Shown here in pieces: positions 6,586 to 10,267 of a DNA stretch of 10,267 bases. The stretch lies in NCBI GenBank assembly GCA_043816965.1, contig JBDRHK010000069.1, forward strand, positions 1-10,267, given 5' to 3'. Every line of letters begins with the position of its first letter. Within the stretch, counting starts at the first letter, position 1. The translations under genes were made by a program, and so were the position numbers. This DNA comes from Candidatus Iainarchaeum sp. (lineage in GTDB: Archaea > Iainarchaeota > Iainarchaeia > Iainarchaeales > JAFCCJ01). The notes beneath the pieces are model-generated. The model had not been told where the DNA came from. It saw nothing but the letters and a program-made list of their open reading frames with translations, and did not search any database.

Positions 6586-8376
6586 TCACGAAGTGCCTTT
6601 CCACAGATTAAGCCTTTCTTCAAGGCCTTTGTTTTCCTCAATTATCTCTTTGGGGATTTTATCAAATTTCTTGAAGAATTCCTTCTGTTCCCCGACTTCC
6701 TTAATCCAGTCTTCTTTATCCACCTTCAGGAGCTCATTAAGCTGCTCCTTGCCAATGTCCAGCCCGTTAAGGTCGATGGATTCAGGGTTGGGCAAGAAGC
6801 CAATAGGGGTTTTAACAGCGTCAACTCGCCCCTCGCTCCTGTCAATTACCCATTTAAGCACCCTCAAATTCTCCCCAAAACCAGGCCACATAAAATCGCC
6901 TTTCTCATCTGTCCTGAACCAGTTTACATGGAATATCTTCGGTGCATTTTCCAGATTTTTTCCCATATTAAGCCAATGCTGGAAGTAATCTCCCATATGA
7001 TAGCCACAGAAAGGCAGCATTGCCATTGGGTCTCTTCTTGCTTCACCAATTTTGCCCTCAGCCGCCGCAGTTTTCTCCGAGGCAAGTGTTGCGCCAATAA
7101 AAGTCCCGTGCTGCCAGTTGAATGACTCATAAACAAGCGGGTCAAGTTTTGCCCTTCTCCCCCCAAAAAGGATTGCTGAAATCGGAACCCCTTTGGGGTT
7201 CCCCCACTCTTCTGAAAACGAAGGTGCCTGATGAATAGGGGCAGTAAACCTTGAGTTTGGGTGGGCACCTGGCTCATTTGAATCCGGAGTCCATCTCTCC
7301 CCTTTCCAGTCGGTTCCTCCCTTAATCTCGTGGCCAATTCCTTCCCACCACACAGTATTATCGTCACTAAGGACAACATTTGTGAAAATGCTGTTTTTCT
7401 GGACAGACTCCATTGCATTTGGGTTTGTTTTATTGCTTGTTCCTGGCGCCACACCGAAAAATCCTGCCTCAGGGTTTATCGCCCATAACCTTCCATCTTT
7501 TCCGATTCGCATCCAGCAGATATCATCTCCCACAGTCCAGATTTTATAGCCTTTGTAATTTGTTGGCGGGACAAGCATTGCAAGATTTGTTTTTCCACAG
7601 GCGCTTGGAAATGCCGCCGCAATGTAATGGATTTCTCCCTCAGGTGATTCAATTCCCATAATCAGCATATGCTCCGCCATCCAGCCTTCCTTTGATGCCA
7701 TATGGCTGGCAATCCTGAGTGAAAGGCATTTTTTCCCGAGAAGTGCATTCCCCCCATAACCAGAGCCCACACTCCATATTGTATTGTCCTCTGGAAAGTG
7801 GCAAATCCTCCTTTTTTCAATATCCAAATCTGATTTACCATGCAGGCATTTTGTGAAATTATCAGAATCCCCGAGAATTTCAAGGGCCCTTTTTCCTGCC
7901 CTAGTCATAGTCATCATATTGAGCACAACATAAATACTGTCAGTAATCTGAATCCCTATTTTGCTGAAATCAGAGCCAAGCGGGCCCATACTGAAGGGAA
8001 TCAGATACATTGTCCTCCCTTTCATAGAGTTGTCGAAATATCCGCCCAGTTCCTCATAAGCCTCATTAGGATGTTTCCAGTTGTTAAGAGGTCCTGCAGT
8101 AACTTGTTCCTCTGTGCAGATAAAGGTAAGGCTTTCAGTTCTTGCAACATCATTTTGCGCCGAGCGGTGAAGAAAGCAACCAGGAAGTTTTTCCTGGTCA
8201 AGTTCAATAAGTTCCCCTGTTTTAAGCGCCTCTTTTGTAAGCGCCTGCTTCTGTTCATCAGAACCATCAATCCAGACAACATCATCCGGCTTGCACATCT
8301 CAGCCATTTCCTCAATCCAAGCAATCAGCTCTTTATTCGAGGTAATTGTTTCAATTTTATCCCTGTATTTTCCCAT
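6586..8376 (-). CDS. pckG: Phosphoenolpyruvate carboxykinase (GTP)
   Basis: 596 aa. SGYGGNALLGKKC, AEHM, P-loop FPSACGKTN, VGDDI, NPEAGFFGVAPG, HPNSRF, FGGRR, VNWF, WPGFGENLRVL. SD GGGGTGA overlaps the upstream stop codon. Confidence 0.97.
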   Translation of the reverse strand: MGKYRDKIETITSNKELIAWIEEMAEMCKPDDVVWIDGSDEQKQALTKEALKTGELIELDQEKLPGCFLHRSAQNDVARTESLTFICTEEQVTAGPLNNWKHPNEAYEELGGYFDNSMKGRTMYLIPFSMGPLGSDFSKIGIQITDSIYVVLNMMTMTRAGKRALEILGDSDNFTKCLHGKSDLDIEKRRICHFPEDNTIWSVGSGYGGNALLGKKCLSLRIASHMASKEGWMAEHMLIMGIESPEGEIHYIAAAFPSACGKTNLAMLVPPTNYKGYKIWTVGDDICWMRIGKDGRLWAINPEAGFFGVAPGTSNKTNPNAMESVQKNSIFTNVVLSDDNTVWWEGIGHEIKGGTDWKGERWTPDSNEPGAHPNSRFTAPIHQAPSFSEEWGNPKGVPISAILFGGRRAKLDPLVYESFNWQHGTFIGATLASEKTAAAEGKIGEARRDPMAMLPFCGYHMGDYFQHWLNMGKNLENAPKIFHVNWFRTDEKGDFMWPGFGENLRVLKWVIDRSEGRVDAVKTPIGFLPNPESIDLNGLDIGKEQLNELLKVDKEDWIKEVGEQKEFFKKFDKIPKEIIEENKGLEERLNLWKGTS

Positions 8377-8380
8377 AAAA

Positions 8381-9559
8381 TCACCCCAGTTTTTCTACCG
8401 CATCCTTAATTCTTCCAATCCCTTCCCTAATATCATCCATTGAAGAGGCATAACTGAACCGAATGTGGTTGTTTGAGCCAAATTCATCCCCAGGCACCAG
8501 TGCAACCTTTGCTTCCTCCAGCAGGTAATCGCAAAGAGCGGCACCATTGCCTATGCTCTTGTTAAAAACTCCCCTGACATCAGGAAATGCGTAAAAAGCG
8601 CCCTCAGGTTCCACCAATTTTATCCCGTCAATTTCATTCAAATGCTTAAACACATACTGCCTTCTTTCATCAAACTGCTTAATCATCTCCCCCACAGATT
8701 CCTGCTGGCCGTTGAATGCCTCAAGCGCGGCATACTGTGCTATTGAGCAGGGATTCCCTGAGGAATGGCTCTGGACATTGCCCATTGCCTTAATAACTTT
8801 CTCATTTCCTGCAGTGTACCCAATTCTCCAGCCTGTCATTGCATAGGTTTTTGAAACAGCATTGCATGTGAGGGTTAAGTCCTTAACTTCCTCTCCCAAT
8901 GAGGCAGTGGAAATAAACTTCCTCCCGCCATAAACAAATTTCTCATAAACCTCATCCGAAATTATATAAAATTCCTTCTCAACAGCAAGTTCTGCAATCG
9001 CCCTTAATTCACTTTCTTCAATAGTTGCCCCTGTGGGATTTGATGGGGAGTTGATTATTATTGCCTTGGTCTTTTCACTCACTGCTTCCCTCACTTTTTC
9101 AGCACTTATCTTAAATGCCTCATCAGTCCCGACAAAAACCGATTTCCCCCCTGCAAGTGTAACCTGTTCCTTATAGCTTATCCATGCAGGAATCGGAATA
9201 ATCACCTCATCCCCCTTATTCAGCAACGCCAGCATTATATTGTACAATGAATGCTTCCCGCCATTTGAAACAATTACTTCTTTCGGGGAATACTCCAAAC
9301 CATTCTCCCTCTTCAATTTATCGCAAATTGCATTTTTCAGCTCAGGAATCCCTGAGGCAGGCGTATACTTTGACCGGTTATCATCAATCGCCTTCTTCCC
9401 GGCAGCCTTAACATTTTCAGGGGTGTTGAAATCAGGCTCCCCAATCCCGAACTTAAGGACATTTTCCCCATCTGCAATCATTTGGTTTGCCTTTGCATTG
9501 ATAGCCATTGTTGAGGATGGGGGAATGGCGACCGCAACTTTGTTAAGTTCCCTGCTCAA
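8381..9559 (-). CDS. aspC: PLP-dependent class I/II aminotransferase, aspartate aminotransferase-like
   Basis: 392 aa. GEPDF, YTPASGIPEL, NSPSNPTG, SDEVY, PLP-lysine motif SKTYAMTGWRIG, PEGAFY, VPG, IRFSYA. TTG start with GGTGA SD. Substrate specificity is inferred from family and context. Confidence 0.9.
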   Translation of the reverse strand: MSRELNKVAVAIPPSSTMAINAKANQMIADGENVLKFGIGEPDFNTPENVKAAGKKAIDDNRSKYTPASGIPELKNAICDKLKRENGLEYSPKEVIVSNGGKHSLYNIMLALLNKGDEVIIPIPAWISYKEQVTLAGGKSVFVGTDEAFKISAEKVREAVSEKTKAIIINSPSNPTGATIEESELRAIAELAVEKEFYIISDEVYEKFVYGGRKFISTASLGEEVKDLTLTCNAVSKTYAMTGWRIGYTAGNEKVIKAMGNVQSHSSGNPCSIAQYAALEAFNGQQESVGEMIKQFDERRQYVFKHLNEIDGIKLVEPEGAFYAFPDVRGVFNKSIGNGAALCDYLLEEAKVALVPGDEFGSNNHIRFSYASSMDDIREGIGRIKDAVEKLG

Positions 9560-9969
9560 TTCATCACCAGCACAGCATAGCTTTTCATTTCAACAATTTC
9601 GGCAAGGCCCCTTATCTTCTCAATAAGCTTGTTCATATCTTTGTTGGAATGTGTCTCTCCCTGGCAGATAATGTCATACTCCCCAACAACCTGATAAATG
9701 TGGTTCACCTCATAGGGCATTGTCTTCAGTTTCTTTACAACTTCAGTCCTGGGGGCGGAGGTTTTCAGGCGCAGGCACATAAGTGTCCTGAAATCAAATT
9801 CGGTCCTTGTTTCAACCGTAAATTTCTCAATTATTCCCCTTTCCAGCATTTCCTTTACCCTATTTCTTACAGTACCCTCGGAAACCTTCAATTTCTTCCC
9901 GATTTTGAGATAGGAGGTTCTTCCATTTCTCCTCAGTATTGAGAGTATCTGCTCATCAAGAATGTCCAA
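9556..9969 (-). CDS. Lrp/AsnC family transcriptional regulator
   Basis: 137 aa. N-terminal HTH (LDEQILSILRRNGRTSY...SEGTVRNRVKEMLERGII) and C-terminal RAM domain (VVGEYDII). TTG start with GAGGT SD at 9980-9976. Its TGA overlaps the aspC TTG (TTGA). Confidence 0.93.
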   Translation of the reverse strand: MDILDEQILSILRRNGRTSYLKIGKKLKVSEGTVRNRVKEMLERGIIEKFTVETRTEFDFRTLMCLRLKTSAPRTEVVKKLKTMPYEVNHIYQVVGEYDIICQGETHSNKDMNKLIEKIRGLAEIVEMKSYAVLVMN

Positions 9970-10001
9970 AAAATTACCTCAAATAGTAAGATGTGAAAAG
10001 G

Positions 10002-10009
10002 CTTAAAAA
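10002..10009 (-). promoter_or_regulatory. Putative TATA box of the lrp-aspC-pckG operon
   Basis: - strand TTTTTAAG about 33-40 nt upstream of the lrp start. Confidence 0.55.
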
Positions 10010-10020
10010 TAAATCAGAAA

Positions 10021-10035
10021 TTACGAATTTCGTAA
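10021..10035. promoter_or_regulatory. Perfect palindromic operator, Lrp-family-like
   Basis: TTACGAA-T-TTCGTAA, with the ACGA-WWW-TCGT core seen in archaeal Lrp-family sites such as Ptr2. Lies 11 nt upstream of the TATA box. Confidence 0.75.
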
Positions 10036-10050
10036 CAGGTTATTCTGCGC

Positions 10051-10266
10051 CTATTTTGCCGGATTAAGGAGGGCGGAAACAGATTTGCTCCCATGCATGG
10101 CGTTTATTGCGCTGGCAAATATTTTTGCTATTGAAAGCACCTTGATTTTGGAGAATCTCTTTTCCTTTGGAATCGGGATGCTGTTGGTGACCACAATCTC
10201 CTTTATTGCTGAATTTTTAAGGCTATTTACCGCATCCCCTGCCAGGACAGGATGTGCGACCGCAAC
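10051..10266 (-). CDS. prs: Ribose-phosphate pyrophosphokinase (PRPP synthetase), C-terminal 71 aa; absent from the ORF track because it is truncated by the window edge
   Basis: Manual translation VAVAHPVLAGDAVNSLKNSAIKEIVVTNSIPIPKEKRFSKIKVLSIAKIFASAINAMHGSKSVSALLNPAK*; TAG at 10053-10051. Matches the Prs C-terminal pattern H...G.A...EIVVTNSIP...LSIA...AI...SVS.L. Confidence 0.9.
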   Translation of the reverse strand, partial: VAVAHPVLAGDAVNSLKNSAIKEIVVTNSIPIPKEKRFSKIKVLSIAKIFASAINAMHGSKSVSALLNPAK

Positions 10267-10267
10267 A

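Noticed and set aside
6563..6589. Hairpin GTGAAG/CTTCAC overlapping the pckG stop codon
   Set aside because: 6-bp stem with a weakly paired interior and no following U tract; could be chance or a simple mRNA 3' structure.
494..9942. Numerous 65-195 aa antisense or alternative-frame ORFs (e.g. 2522-3109, 6924-7454, 7840-8409)
   Set aside because: All overlap well-supported genes, have atypical composition and show no motifs; shadow ORFs.
1..10267. CRISPR array, integrase, prophage or defence island
   Set aside because: No regularly spaced direct repeats and no cas, integrase, transposase or viral genes. Lhr and MPE here fit the DNA-repair families.

Overview
Archaeal-type chromosomal window (TATA-box promoters, leaderless genes, GGTGA/GAGGT ribosome-binding sites). 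The gene content is compatible with a DPANN-type archaeon, but that is inference. The + strand carries the 3' end of a Pro-Glu-linker protein and a membrane-anchored Cys-rich surface protein. The - strand, in transcription order, carries the 3' end of a PRPP synthetase, a tightly coupled Lrp/AsnC regulator - aspartate aminotransferase - GTP-dependent PEP carboxykinase operon with a perfect palindromic operator, an unknown membrane protein, and an Lhr helicase - metallophosphoesterase pair. The main unexplained feature is a ~105-nt structured non-coding element at 6390-6495 with its own TATA box, a closing stem and tandem oligo-T tracts. A 20-nt segment near its 5' end (6468-6487) is an 18/20 inverted match to the lhr promoter region (5082-5101), which makes it a candidate guide/antisense RNA, a shared operator, or one end of an inverted-repeat-bounded segment.
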